DNA of 64,000 bases from Biomphalaria glabrata. Taxonomy: Eukaryota. The stretch's first letter is position 1; each line of letters starts with the position of its first letter. The notes beneath the pieces were generated by a model, which did not search any database, was not told the DNA's origin, and was given only the letters and a program-made list of their open reading frames with translations. The stretch is taken from NCBI RefSeq assembly GCF_947242115.1, contig NC_074716.1:24176637-24240636 (forward strand). Reading direction: 5' to 3'. The translations under genes and the position numbers were made by a program. Positions 37,892-50,536 of the stretch are shown in pieces.

Positions 37892-38216
37892 GTAAGTTGT
37901 GATTTCAAAGTTTTATCTTTGAATAAATAAATTAAAAGATAATACAAAAAAATAAGACAGGTGATGACAAAATGTAACTATTGTAACTAATGTAACTATT
38001 CAAGACTATGCAAGAAAAATGTTTATATTGAAAAATAGTTGTTACCTCTATTTTGCTTGTCCCCCTGTAGGTATCTGCTTGATCTTGAGAATATTCTGTC
38101 CAATCAAACATCTTGACATTATTCTTTTTTCATTCTGTAATTTTTTAGCAAATGTATTTATGATGATACTATATTTCAATGTCTGTTTGACTTGACTCAT
38201 TGTGTGTGTTTACTAG

Positions 38217-38322
38217 GTGAGTATGAACCTAAGAGAACACAGCATCAAACCTCACTGGATGTTTGCCTTGGACAACCTTTTACGACAGGCTGTGCAGGTT
38301 GCCATTACTATCTTGTCTCCAG
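38217..38322 (+). CDS. MAP3K5: ASK1 exon (KPHWMFALD box)
   Basis: Acceptor gtttactag|, donor |gtaaac. Encodes [35 protein letters not shown], aligning with human [35 protein letters not shown]. Confidence 0.95.
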
Positions 38323-38438
38323 GTAAACTATGGTCAATAACTTGTGAAAATGTTCTTTATGTATTCAACCAGGAAAATATATATTTATATATAATATATA
38401 TACAATTCATTTTAAAAGTTTTGTGTTATATTTGTAAG

Positions 38439-38595
38439 AATTAGGAGCCAATCTGACCAGTACAACCAGAGGTGATGAGGAAGTTGTGACATCTGGAGTT
38501 TCATCTGCCAATTCTTTGAAAGCACAAACGTATCGTAAGCAAGTAGCCAATGAGTTAGAGAATCAGAGTGCAATATTACAAGAAGAAAACTTAAG
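38439..38595 (+). CDS. MAP3K5: ASK1 exon
   Basis: Acceptor tttgtaag|, donor |gttaat. Encodes (E)[26 protein letters not shown]...[12 protein letters not shown], which continues human ILVPEL. An alternative acceptor at 38444 is in the same frame. Confidence 0.7.
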
Positions 38596-39067
38596 GTTAA
38601 TGATAAACTTGTGTGTTACATTTAGTCTTAGTTTTTAATTTTAGAATTAGAATATTACAAGAAGAAAACTTTTAAAGTTAATATTTAACTTACTTTTAAA
38701 TGTAGAATGTTGAAGAACTTTTTTTAAAAGTATTGCTGGGAAATTACTGTATGTTTAATAATTACATTGTTCATATTTTTATTTGTTTGCTTATTATATT
38801 TATGTACATTGTCTGTGTGATCTGAATGTCATATTTCTATACATTTTGTCTTTCTTGTACAAAGTGTTGGCCTATGTTTGAGATTATTATTATATTTGTC
38901 AGTTGTTGTGTGTGAAAAATAGTATATATGTAAAAATTCTCTATCTTTAAGAAATGTTTCATTATTAAGTAATTATGTGAAACCTTTGTCTAAAAAAGAA
39001 TTGTGGGCTGGAGAAAAAAGTAAAGTTAGTCAAAAAGGTTAACTAAATTAATTTTTTAAATTTAAAG

Positions 39068-39160
39068 ATTGCTTTATGAACTGGTGGAGACTCAGAAGGA
39101 ATATCAATCCATTTTAAAACAGTCATTGCAAGAAAAGAAAATGTCTATTTTACAATTAAG
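39068..39160 (+). CDS. MAP3K5: ASK1 exon (coiled-coil region)
   Basis: Acceptor tttaaag|, donor |gtaact. Encodes (R)LLYELVETQKEYQSILKQSLQEKKMSILQL, aligning with human NRLLEELVRKEKELQALLHRAIEEKDQEI. Confidence 0.8.
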
Positions 39161-39315
39161 GTAACTCTTCACTTAGTCAGCTGTAGTCTTTGTCTCATTT
39201 CAATAGAATTATTTGTCCTTTTATTTTGTATTCTGTCTCATGTACTAAAATATGACTTACAGATACATTCTATGTAATGTAGAATTTCTTTTCCTTTTTT
39301 TTAATTTTTGTTCAG

Positions 39316-39374
39316 AGTAATACTCACAGGGGAGGGAAGTCTTGATAATTCCAAAGAATCCTCACCTGCACCAG
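39316..39374 (+). CDS. MAP3K5: ASK1 exon
   Basis: Acceptor ttgttcag|, donor |gtaact. Encodes (R)VILTGEGSLDNSKESSPAP. Phase fits the neighbouring exons. Confidence 0.6.
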
Positions 39375-40188
39375 GTAACTGTACAATTTATTTAACTTCA
39401 TTTTAAATGACTACTACTGTTACCTCTTAATGTGAAGGTCAAGTACAGATATAATCTAAATAGTTTAGATGTTGACTGACATAACTAGCTCCAAAAAAAG
39501 TTTTTCTTCATAAAAGTTTGTTTTTAATCTTATGGTATATCATGTAAAGAAAATTTAAGTATTGTGATGGTATGGACATACACTAAATGGTTGGAACATT
39601 AAACAGAGTAATGATACATTTATACAAAGAAATAGCAAAAGTGACCAACAATACTTACACAATTGTAAAAGTAATTATCCTCATTGCAGTAAAAGTAATG
39701 AAGGAATAATGAGATAAAATACTAATATTTATCTGGGAATGATGCCAACATCAGTGGGTAGGCGGATCAAACCTTCTCGAAGTAAAAAAGATTGCTTTAA
39801 AAATCACTCAGACCTTAAAAAGGGGGCGGGGGAGTTTGGAATCCTGTATAAATGTTAAATTCGAGATTTAAATTGTGCTAACATTTGTTTGCTGAGCTGG
39901 ATGAAAAAGGGAGCCAAATGGTTGGTTCTTCTACTGCATCATTGGCACCATCTACTGCATCGTATGCAGACAGGAATGTTTCTAGAATAGGGCTTCACCG
40001 TCACATGAAAAATTGCTCTCTGAGATGAAACATACTAGTCCAATGACTGACAATAAAAATATATATGGATCATTAATACGTGGACTCTGGTTAAGTGAAC
40101 TCTGGTTTGAATGTACTTTGTACTATGTTGATAAACTGTCCTCTTTTGTCAGAGTTGTATGTGTTTATTTTTATCTCTTTATGGTTAG

Positions 40189-40289
40189 ATGCCATTGATG
40201 AAGAAGATCATCCTGATCTAACCAAGTGTGATCAAGATTTAGTTGCTTGGTTACAACAGTTAAGAATTGATGCTGACTCTATCCAGGCT
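40189..40289 (+). CDS. MAP3K5: ASK1 exon (start of C-terminal SAM-like domain)
   Basis: Acceptor tatggttag|, donor |gtaagg. Encodes (D)AIDEEDHPDLTKCDQDLVAWLQQLRIDADSIQA, aligning with human EDSELTDWLRVNGADEDTISRF. Confidence 0.85.
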
Positions 40290-40419
40290 GTAAGGAATTT
40301 TATTTTTGTTAAAAGGATGTTTACTTATTAATTAGAATCACTTTATAAATGTATTATATATATGCTAACTTCCATTATCTTGAAGGGATAACTATGTGTC
40401 ATAGGCAATTTTTTTCTGG

Positions 40420-40735
40420 TTGAGCTGAAAGGAGGAAATTCATGGCTGATTGGTCAATGGCTTGGTTTCCAAACATAGGGGTCCTGGGTTTGAATCTTGG
40501 TGAAGACAGAGATTTTGAATTATGGGATTTTTATAGTACCCTGAGTCCACCCAACTGTAATGGGTACCTGACTTTGGTTAGGGAAAGAAAAGGTGTTTGG
40601 TCATTGTGCTGGCCACATGACACCAGTTGGCCAAAGAAAATTCTGCCTGATAGATCACAAGGTCTGAAAGGGAAACTTTACTTAAAGGAGGAAAACAGAT
40701 GTGTTTCTAGGCAGCACATCTAGCAGCAGTTTTTG
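40420..40735 (+). mobile_element. tRNA-derived SINE copy 1 (intron of ASK1)
   Basis: tRNA-like head with a B-box-like GGGTTTGAATCTTGGTGAAGAC and a body with GGTACCTG..TGGCCACATGACACC. The 93-aa ORF across it is spurious. Confidence 0.6.
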
Positions 40736-40800
40736 TTTAATACTTGACTTAAAATCTTTGGATAAGATCCATAAAACTGGTCTGATAACTTTTGCTCTAG

Positions 40801-40877
40801 GTTTGTGATGAAGAGTATACTCTGGATGATATCCTTGAACTTGTTACTTGGCATGACCTTCAGCAACTGAACATTAA
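40801..40877 (+). CDS. MAP3K5: ASK1 exon
   Basis: Acceptor tgctctag|, donor |gtaagtc. Encodes VCDEEYTLDDILELVTWHDLQQLNI, aligning with human LAEDYTLLDVLYYVTRDDLKCLRL. Confidence 0.85.
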
Positions 40878-41499
40878 GTAAGTCAACATGATAGCAAAAT
40901 TTCATTTCATTTAACATGAACTTCTTTATTAGCGGCCCCTTAAAGGGGAAGGCGCTATTAGTTTTGTGTGAAATGTCTGTCCATCCTGTTTAGATCTCAG
41001 AAACTAATAGAGAAAATGAAAATCGGACATCATGATATTTTAGATCATTCAAAGTTCTGATGCAATGGCTACTTTTTTTTTTCCAAAAGTGAACCATCTA
41101 ATTTTTAAAATTATATATGCAAGCAGATTTTTCAAAAAATTACACCACTTTTCAATGAAAAACTTCAGGGGAAGTAAGTCTTATTAAAAAGTTCACAAGC
41201 TTCTTCATTAATAAATCAAGCTTCATAGATTCGCGCATTGGTACAAAACATTTGCATCTAAGGTCACAATGGTAAAAGTGTCAATTTTCCATTTATTAAC
41301 TAACTCATTGAATACAATACTGATTCAAATGTTATTTTTAAAAAAAGAATTTTGATACGAACTTCGTTTTAGTTATAAGTTTAAAAAATAACTAACTACT
41401 TTTCAGCGTGCAGTTTTGACATATCGTCGTGATAGGGACCTACATTGACAGTCTAAGTAAGACTAAATAGAGCCCAGATCAACATATATTTATAATAAG

Positions 41500-41730
41500 A
41501 GTTCTAGTCTAGATATAGTAGATTCTATATCAAGATTCTAGATCTAGATATAGACTTATATCTAACTCTAGATCTAGACTTAGAGACTTGGATCTATTTC
41601 TAGATCTAGACTTAGAAACTTAGATCTATTTCTAGATCTAGACTTAGATCTTGAATCTAGATTTAGATATAAAACTAGGTCTAGATCTAAAACTAGGTCT
41701 AGATCTAGCTAGATCTATGTCTAGATTGTA
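41500..41730. repeat. TCTAGA-rich palindromic block with about 38-bp internal tandem units (tctagatctagacttagaaacttagatctatt)
   Basis: Visible repeats of ctagatctagacttaga. Confidence 0.8.
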
Positions 41731-41984
41731 TGACAAAAGACAATGGAGATATTAATTTTTATTTGAGAGGGGAATGTCTTGTCATCTGTACACAATTGTA
41801 CCTTAAAGTGGGTCAAGAATTTTTTTTTTTTCCTGTTGCCACTTTATCTAATTTTGTTAGAAGAATAAATCTTTTTTAGTTTCTCTTTATTACAATGTAA
41901 CATGTTATTAATTTTGAATGTATGGATAAGGTTAATAATTATTATTTAAAAAAATATAAGTGTACGCTAATTGAATATATGGAG

Positions 41985-42110
41985 ATGCTGTGGCTGAGGG
42001 GTAAAGCACTTGGAACTGAAAGTTCCGTGTTCGAATCCTGGTGAAGACTCTAGGTGGACCACTTTAAGGGGCCGATTTTGAGTTTGTGTTTCACACAAAC
42101 TGTCTTTGTA
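41985..42110 (+). mobile_element. tRNA-derived SINE copy 2 head (last ASK1 intron)
   Basis: A-box-like TGGCTGAGGGGTAAAGCAC and B-box GTTCGAATCCTGGTGAAGAC, related to copy 1. Its body TTTAAGGGGCC..GTTTGTGT resembles the fragment at 40921-40975. Confidence 0.6.
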
Positions 42111-42335
42111 ACCTTGTTTCTTTTGTTTCAGTTTAGCTTCTCTACTCTTTGTTTCAGTTTAGCTACTCTACTCTTTGTTTCAGTTTAGCTACTACTCTAC
42201 TCTTTGTTTCAGTTTAGCTACTCTACTGTTTGTTTCAGTTTAGCTACTCTACTCTTTCTTTCAGTTTAGCTACTCTACTCTTTCTTTCAGTTTAGCTATT
42301 CCTTGATTCAGTTTAGCTAGCTTGTTTCAGTTTTA
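42110..42335 (+). repeat. About 27-bp tandem array (about 8 units) tttcagtttagctactctactctttg forming the SINE tail
   Basis: Directly visible head-to-tail repeats. Every unit carries a TTTCAG acceptor-like hexamer. The array ends about 60 bp upstream of the final ASK1 acceptor (42396). Confidence 0.85.
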
Positions 42336-42396
42336 TAGTATAACATTTTTTGTAATAGGCTTGTGTGAATTAAAACCTTTTATGTTTTCTTTCTAG

Positions 42397-42466
42397 AGGT
42401 GGCATTCGGTGTCGTATATGGCGAGCCATTCTAGAGCACAGAACAAAGCCTCGGGAAAATGGATAA
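42397..42466 (+). CDS. MAP3K5: ASK1 terminal coding exon with TAA stop (42464-42466)
   Basis: Acceptor ttctttctag|. Encodes (K)GGIRCRIWRAILEHRTKPRENG*, aligning with human RGGMLCTLWKAIIDFRNK. Confidence 0.85.
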
Positions 42467-42518
42467 ATTCAAGTTGTGTTTTTTTTTTCTTTCTGCCTTA
42501 TTTGTACATAACTCATGA

Positions 42519-42524
42519 AATAAA
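42519..42524 (+). terminator. AATAAA polyadenylation signal candidate for ASK1
   Basis: First canonical AATAAA, about 55 nt after the stop codon. Others lie further downstream (for example near 42648). Confidence 0.4.
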
Positions 42525-45500
42525 ATGTCTATATTTCATTTGTGTAAATAGCCCAATATAATATTTGAACATTTTGTTGCATTTGTTTGAAATCTTTATT
42601 TATGCCAGTCAAACTTTTGACCATTTGCTTCAAAGCATAATTTCAGTAAAATAAAACTTCAGTATTGAAATTGTAGAAAAACAATATCAATTGAAATAAA
42701 AATTCTTAGCAATTTTTATTAAGGAAGACATAATGTTTTGTTTTAGGTAATGCTCAATGTATTAGGTAATGTTATCTTTACTTATGACATAATGTTGCTG
42801 TCATAAGAAATAGAGCTGTAATGTTAATGAAATGTAGCTGAAAGTATTCTAGTTGAGCAAATTTGAATCTCAGTCCAAAACTTGTGTATTAAATTGGATA
42901 ATGTTGCTTTAAATTGATAGACTTGAAAACATGAGATGATCAGTTTATTTGCCTAATAGCTAAATAATACATTTAGACTTGTAACATTTCTTGCTGTTGC
43001 TTGTCAATGTGTTATTGAGTTGCAGAGCTCATTTGTATAAACTGCAGTGCTGGTCGTATCAGTTGTGCTTGTTGAGGTTTTGTTGAAACTAAGCAAATAT
43101 TGTTAACTATTGTTTGTTGGTTGCATTCTTGTTTTTATTCTGTTCATATGTCCACCTCAAGTCTTGAAACTTTCCTTTCATTGTTTGTATTTATAAGTAC
43201 TGTACACAAAACGTCTTTCTCATCTTGGTGGCCTCTGGGCTTATGCTAGATATGATATAAATATTTAACTTGATATAAATAAAGATATTAAGTTGTGTGC
43301 ATTAGTTTTGTGTTAGGTTAACTCCAAGATGGTGGAAATCCCTCAAATCCTAGTCGGCTTTGTGTAAGAGGCTAAGGAGTCAAATACTGGAGTTTCACAT
43401 AAGCTTAAACTTGACAAGGAAACTTGAAGAGTCAAACTTGTTTCAACTACCAAAGCTAAATATAGTTTCAGCATAACATTTCAGAAATTATAAATTGGAG
43501 ATCCTTTACATACTTAATTGTAGGGCTTATCTGAAGGCTTGGAAACCAGATTCTGGCAGCAACAATCACATTTGGTCATTTCCTAACCTGAAATCTGTCA
43601 AAAGTTTCTTGTTGTCTCAACATTCCTTCCGATGCCTTCATTAACTTCTGATACCATAGTTAGCTCACTATCTAAATAGTTTCACTTGTGCAGGGTATAC
43701 TAGACTTTCTGTGATCCTTAAGTAAGATAACTACAAATATTCTGATATAAGCTGTCATCAGTTTTCAAAATAATTTCTTTTTCTCATATCATTTTCTTTG
43801 ATTCATACAGAATTAGTGATATAGTAATAATAAACAACATTCATAGTACATCTGTCCAGCCATAAAAAATGTTTCATTTTCTTGTCTATGTGTAAAGGAA
43901 ATGTACAGCACTTCTTTCTTTGTCTTGATTTTACTTCCACTTGCCTATATTAATCTTTGGTGCTTTATTTATGGAAGAAAGTTAAATAATCAAAAGTTCA
44001 AAAGAACAGAAATAATTTGATTACCATAATTAATTTACCTTAAGATTTATAGTTGAATCAAGCAAATTTCTTTTTGATGTCTTTTAAAAACAAAAACTAC
44101 CAACTTTTAGATGAATTTATGGTGAAGAGATTTGGTTGACTTGAAATTATGCTTTTGGATTTCTGAACAAATCTTTAAGATGTAAAGCACCATTTGACAA
44201 GTGAAGTTTCTTGAGTTTCACATGGTAAGTTGTGAACACTCACTTTTTCTTCAGATTGTGCAAATTTAAGACTTTATCGGGTAGATTAGCTGACAAATTC
44301 TCCACATTTCAACAGGTCATTTCCACATTTAGTTTCAAATACCATTTTAAATTTGTTTAGAAACTTTTTGATGTAAAGACAACTAAATGACAAAACATTA
44401 AAAATTTGTTTAGAAACTTTTTGATGTAAAGACAACTAAATATTGAAACATTTAATTTTTGTGTAACCCTTTGCGTGTATTGTGTAAGACTATAATGATT
44501 GCTTCAACACAAACATCACTTCACTGTTACCTTAGACACAACCCATCACTCAGAAGATTGGAGCCCAATTCCTTTACCAAATTAAGTCAAATACTGCACT
44601 TTATTTACTATAAACATCTCAAACTAGCATTCATTTATTTTTTAATACAATGCCACCTTCATTTTAACTTTCATTTATTTAAATTAATAGTATGTTTTTA
44701 GGAAAATTAAATAAATATGTAGTTACTAAAAAAAAATAATCTAATAGTGTTTTATTTGAGTGATGGCTATTTAGGATCTAATCCAATATTTTCAATATCC
44801 TGCCTAACCTCCATACATTTGGTCAAATTGGTCTTATTACTTTTTAAAGAAATTCATTATAATTTGTTTTTATCTGTGCAGTAATTAAAAATGGAGGACA
44901 GTTAATTTATTAAAACAAATAATATTTTTTGTGTCCAAGAGAAAAGATTTTTTTGTTAACAACTATTCCCTGTACTATCCCTTAAGGGTACTGGTAGTTG
45001 ATGCTGTCTGAGGTTACCATAAATGTATTTTGTGTGATCAGTTGTGGAGAATATTTAGTTCTTGGAATAATCAGCTGTATTAAGACCTGGTCCTTGATGT
45101 AATCAGCTGTAGAGACTTGGTCATCAGTGCTTCGCATACTAATATTGCTAATTCTTATTTTAGGTAGAGTGATGTTTATTGGGTTTGCAGTAAGACACAT
45201 ATTTCAATGTTGTTGATGGAATGTCCACAAAACATTTTTGTGATATATGCTTTTGATTGATTTATACATGAAATAATCTGTACATAGCAGTTCTGTGTAG
45301 TTTTAGTCAAGTATTTAGTGACATGGTATGCTGTTGGTAGTTTAAGCTTCCTGTTTGAGGTGGAGTGTCTTGTGGTGCTGCTCTTATAAATATTAGCAAC
45401 TGTGTGAATCTTGATACTGTTACTGTTAGTATTAGACACTTTCTGTTGAGCCAAGGTTTAGTGCATACATTTGTTTAAAGAATATTTTTATGCTTTTTTT

Positions 45501-46595
45501 GGCAGTGATTTTTTTTTAAATCTTGGCTTAGCTTCCCCCACCCCACCCTCCTTTTCATCCCCCCTCCCAACTACAGACAAGGGAAGAAAGTTTTAAATCA
45601 ATGGTAATGAATTTTATTTCACTTGTCAAGTCTGCCAACTTTATGGAATTTGGCAGAATATAAGTCATTGATTAACATGCATGACTAGTTGGATCTAGGG
45701 ACATTCGTAGGACATAATAGTATTTTTTTTAAAGTAATGTATGTTATTTATAAGATTAGTTCAAAAGCTTCCATTAGCAACACTTTACAAGGGTTTCAGG
45801 ATGCCTGCTTACCGACTGCCTTCTCTCCACAATTGATAGACTTTGACCTGAAGGGTAGCGTTTGGTTTCAGCTCCACCAAATTGTATTCTTACTCTTGAA
45901 TGCTTATGTGTTTACAATGTTAGATACATACTTAAGCCAGTAGTAACCTAATTTACAGCTACTGATGACTCCATAATGTGTAACTTTTGAAAATATTTTA
46001 TTTATGTCCATTGTCTTGTATGAACAAAGTAAACTAAAATCTATATCTAATATATTAACTGGTATTGTTAACACTATTTTTTTTTAATACAAGAATTTAT
46101 TTGTGTTAAAAATCCTATCCATAATTTAGATCATTTTTGTTATTGTTAAAGGTGGTTATTTCATCAAAATTTCTTATTTTATCACATTTGCAAACACTTG
46201 CAAAGCTAATAAATAAATGATTTTAATTGTTAAACTTTTTGTTAATTGCAGCAATTCAAATTAAAAATATAAATTTTAACATTGTTTAAAAAATATATGA
46301 TTTCTTGAATGCAAGTGATAGATATTCCATCTGTATGTGATACTGATTTCACTGAATACATTGCTTTGTAAATATTGACGATGCAATTTGGCTTGAAAAT
46401 ATTTGACTGAAATTACTTTGTGTATATTTGTAATGATATTAAACATGTTTTGAATAAGCCTTTTAGTTGTTTGGTGTATTAGTTAAGTTACATTTACAGC
46501 AAGAAAGCATAAAATCTGGCATAATGAAATATTTTTTCTCCTAAGCAACAAACTAGCTATAAAAAAAGTTATTCCAACATACTAGAGATAATTTA

Positions 46596-46745
46596 CTTTA
46601 GTTTAAATACTTGGTATAATTTAGTTTAGTTCAAATGCTTGGTATAATTTAGTTTAGTTCAAATGCTTGGTATAATTTAGTTTAGTTCAAATGCTTGGTA
46701 TAATTTAGTTTAGTTCAAATGCTTAGTATAATTTAATTTCATCCA
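46596..46745. repeat. About 30-bp tandem repeat x5 (ttagtttagttcaaatgcttggtataat)
   Basis: Visible tandem copies in the ASK1/TOLLIP intergenic region. Confidence 0.9.
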
Positions 46746-49136
46746 AATACTACATATAATTTAGAATTCAGTCCAAACAATAGGTATACAATTGTACCAC
46801 ATTACACAATGTTCAGGTGAATTCACCTTTTTTTCCTTCAGAGTTATTATTTTTCTGAGCTTTTCTATTGACTGGCTAGCTTTTTTTATAATCTCTAGCT
46901 ACTATCTCATGTGTTATTTATTTTTAACACAGACATAATCATCATTAAAATGAGACAAAATGCTTTGTACAGATGCTTTTCCTTTTTTTGGGGCCCCAAA
47001 TAGGCTTTTGCGATCATTGTAAGTTAAGTGGGTTTGATGGTTCTAGAATTAACTTCAAGTTATGTGAACTGGTTGAGTTTCCTTTCATTGAGTTGCCTCC
47101 CATTAAACAATACTTTCGTCAGCTGCACACTATGTATGACAAAGCAGTTTGTATCAACTCTTGAGTAATCTTTGACATGCAAGCTTCAATGTGCCCTATG
47201 AACCTATTATTAGTAACAAGAATAATTATAATACTCTTTATTGTCCTTTAGTAAATTTGCCTTGCACAATGATCAACTGATTCTACTTTGCCCAATGACT
47301 GCCAAGTACTAATTACAAGTTGGTATACTAAAAACTTACTCCAGGATTCTTTCTCAAGACCATCAGTTTGACTGTCAAGTACTTCACCATTTGATCACAA
47401 GATAGTATTTATAAAACTAGTTTGATAGATTGGATCATAACTTGCATCCTTATTTAAAAAACATTTTAAATTAACAGACTTTAAAATCGCTTAAGGCTAC
47501 AAAAAAAAGAACAAAGGCAACAACTATTGAAGGTGTACATTTTAATTATTATAATGGTATATATAAAGAGTGGCATATCATCCTCGATGATTGCATATAT
47601 CTCAACACAAAAAGCTCATAAAATCTATACATCTGCCATTAACACCAAGTGGCTCTCTACAGATGTTGTTGCTTCTAAAAAGTTAAGTAGGTAGAAATTT
47701 GACAGTGGAACACCAATTACATATCTAGAGCAAAGTGTATTAGATTTACTTATACTGGTTTCATCTATGTCTAGATCTTTTGTTTTTCTGATGTAACCTG
47801 CAGTTTTCATAAATGTAATCAAGTTGTCAAGCAAATCTAGGCCTAGATCTATAAAAAAGTAAAAAGTTAAATTCCCCTTTCAGACCATGTGGTCTAAAGT
47901 GCTAACTTATTCAAAAATAAAATGCTCATGCTATCTGAGATGCATGCCATTGGAAAACATAGGTAGTGGTGGAGCTCTTACAGCCATTGTCTCTTTTGGA
48001 ATAACAACTTTTCAGAACCAATCTGAATCCAGGCCCCCATATATGGCTTAGAGAGCAAAACTGTTAACAATGACAGAAGGAACAATGGTGAGTATCTTCA
48101 GGAAGGTTCTCATTTATATAGGTTGGCTACCAACCTACAAGAAAAACTGAATAGAAACATCCTCTGCCTAGTGGCTAAACCCAAATAAGGGAAAGGCTTT
48201 GGGAGTCAATCCTGAGAAAAAAATCAGGAGCCTATGATCCTGAGGCAGCTACTAGCAAAGTACACTATGGCAGACTCTGTGAAAATACTGATCTCAAACT
48301 GTATTGGCTAACTGCCATTCGTTTGGACCCAATAGTTGCATGGAAAGGGAGGAAGTGGGTGAAAAAGTGACTACAATAGCCAATGCCTCATTTTGTCTAA
48401 AGCCCAAACTTTATTTTTTGCTCCATAAGATAAACCACAATTGTCTGACCACTAAAGGTAGCCATAGAGATAACTAGATTTAACTAACTAAACACCTGGG
48501 TTTAAACAACATGCATAAATGGTAGGGAATTTTCAAACAGTTTTTCTGCAGTCTTTTGTGTCTTTTATGACTTAGGTCATGATTTTAATTTTAATAACTA
48601 GGATGAGTGAAAATTTTAGGAATTAAAACTGCATGTAGCAAAAAAGTTTATTGTAAGAGACACTATTGACATAATAATAAAAGATCATTTGACTAACTTG
48701 CTAACCATGAAAAGAAAAGTTGAAAGAGACACTACTGTCAAGTCAATAACAGCATCTAAAGTACACTATAAAATATTCTAAATTACTTTAAAAAAAAACT
48801 ACAACCCAGCCAATCATTATTAAGGGATTAAACCAACATGATGATGCAGTAATGCAAACTAAATCATTTTACTATTAGCAGGGGTTGTTTTGAACATGGT
48901 TATGATATGGGGATCCTAAGCAGAACTTAATTAATAGAATTAAAGAAATAAATTATTAACATTTAACAACAAATGTTCTAGTGTATCAATAAAAAAAGCA
49001 TCAAAATAGTTGCGCCTTAAAATTTCATTTTCTCCATAAAATTTTAAAAGACATACGAAAGCTAATTTAGAATGAATTATATAATTTTACACACATATCA
49101 AGACAAACTGAAGAACTCTACCTGCCGGTAGTAACC

Positions 49137-49232
49137 TTGTGACCAGATAAACCTAGGGATAGACACTGCGCTGCCACTCAGGTTACTTTCTTCAAAAGGG
49201 GCCTTCGATTGAAATTTTACCTTAATTTTTTC
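49137..49232. repeat. Short dispersed repeat copy 1 (about 80% identical to 61648-61745)
   Basis: cggtagtaaccttgtgaccagataaacctagggatagacactgcgctgccactcaggttactttcttcaaaaggggccttcgattgaaattttacc matches cagtagtgaccttgtgacctgattactgtagcgatagacagcgcggtgctgccacttgtgtaacattcttcaaaagggtccttcgatgtaaagttttacc. Confidence 0.7.
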
Positions 49233-50269
49233 ACTAAATATTTTCAACGTTTGTTTTTCCTCTTTTAAATTAATATAAAATGTTAATTATTTTAGATTCA
49301 CAACCAGCATGTCTGGTATTGTATAGTATTTTTAAAAAGTCATGAGATCATCCAGGAATACAAATAGTTGTCACTAGCGCAACATAACATACCAAGCAAA
49401 GCACAAGAAAAAAAAAGCAAAACAGAAAACTTGATTTAAAAAAATACATTTTTCTTTTCTAAGTTTTTTTCACCATCACAGAAAACGTTTTAGTGTTATA
49501 TATGTGTATATATAATAACTTGAAATAAATCTTTTTCTATGCATCACTGAATGTTATATGTACAATAAAAATGTGAGCATCCAAAATGGTTTTACAAACA
49601 TGTGGAATAGGAATTGAGAGAGGAGGGGGGGTTTTATAAAGAAAAATAGAGACAATAAAAATGTTGCCATTAAAAAATAATTACAACATAAAAAACAAAC
49701 ACCACAGAATCTGAATCACTAAAAGCAAGTGCTTTGATAATTGTTGACACATTCAAGTTTGAGAATGTATTACTGAAAAAACAAAAAACAAATAGGAAAT
49801 TTAAAAGACAAGAAAAACAAAATTTTGAGCTGGGCTATTCAAAAAAATTAAATGAGGACAAATTCTAAAAAAAAAAAAAAGCCATTAAAATTTCACTAAG
49901 AACATTTAAATGTTTTCATCAAAATTAGCCTACATTTAGACACTGCCAGGAGCCAGTGATAACAAAATGAATTCCACAAAATCAAAAAAATATTTCAGAA
50001 ATATGGTGGACGAAGTGATTCAAGAAACACCTTGTACTTTGTCATTGCCATACCAAATAAAATATTTGTCTTTTTGTTTTTAGGTTAAGCAAAGTCAAAA
50101 TATAAGAAGAGGATTCTCTTCTTGATTATACACACAATGTATGAATATGGACATATAATATTGTTACATGGATTTACATAATTCAGAACAGCAATACATC
50201 AAGTGTTGAAACAGAAAGTGTCAGGTCAGTAATTCAGTTAACATTGGTATTCTTCTCATCCAAAAGGCA

Positions 50270-50383
50270 TCACTCTGTGCCCATTGATAATAAAGAGTTA
50301 ATGGTGGCATCTTTATTTCCCCTGTTGGCTTCCATCACAGACTTGATAACTTCATCTTCCATGTTGGGGAACATGTCTTTCAC
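50270..50383 (-). CDS. TOLLIP: TOLLIP terminal exon (CUE domain) with TGA stop
   Basis: Acceptor tcaccag|. Encodes [37 protein letters not shown], aligning with human [38 protein letters not shown]. Confidence 0.9.
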   Translation of the reverse strand: MKDMFPNMEDEVIKSVMEANRGNKDATINSLLSMGTE

Positions 50384-50536
50384 CTGGTGAATACATTAGT
50401 TCATCTAACAATTGTTGTTTACAATTTTAATAAGTTTCAAAGTAAGAATGAATAAAGAAAACTAATTTAAAATCACCAATTATACGCTTAAATGGATGTA
50501 TCTGATAAAAAGCTATGTGTCTGTTATTATAAAAAC

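Larger units (their letters stand above)
120..42466 (+). other. MAP3K5: ASK1/MAP3K5-like MAP kinase kinase kinase gene span (multi-exon; 5' end probably upstream of window)
   Basis: Chain of about 39 GT-AG exons with consistent codon phase. The concatenated peptide aligns collinearly with human ASK1 from about residue 90 to the C-terminus (kinase motifs, [16 protein letters not shown]-terminal RGG..W tail). Confidence 0.9.

Noticed and set aside
40442-40723. 93-aa ORF
   Set aside because: It lies entirely within SINE copy 1.
41985-42060. Possible tRNA gene (A-box and B-box GTTCGAATCC)
   Set aside because: It cannot be folded into a cloverleaf (no 7-nt T-loop or anticodon loop) and shares a SINE body with 40420-40735, so it is a tRNA-derived SINE head, not a tRNA gene.
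42110-42335. CRISPR-like regularly spaced repeats
   Set aside because: This is a eukaryotic locus; the units are contiguous tandem copies without unique spacers.
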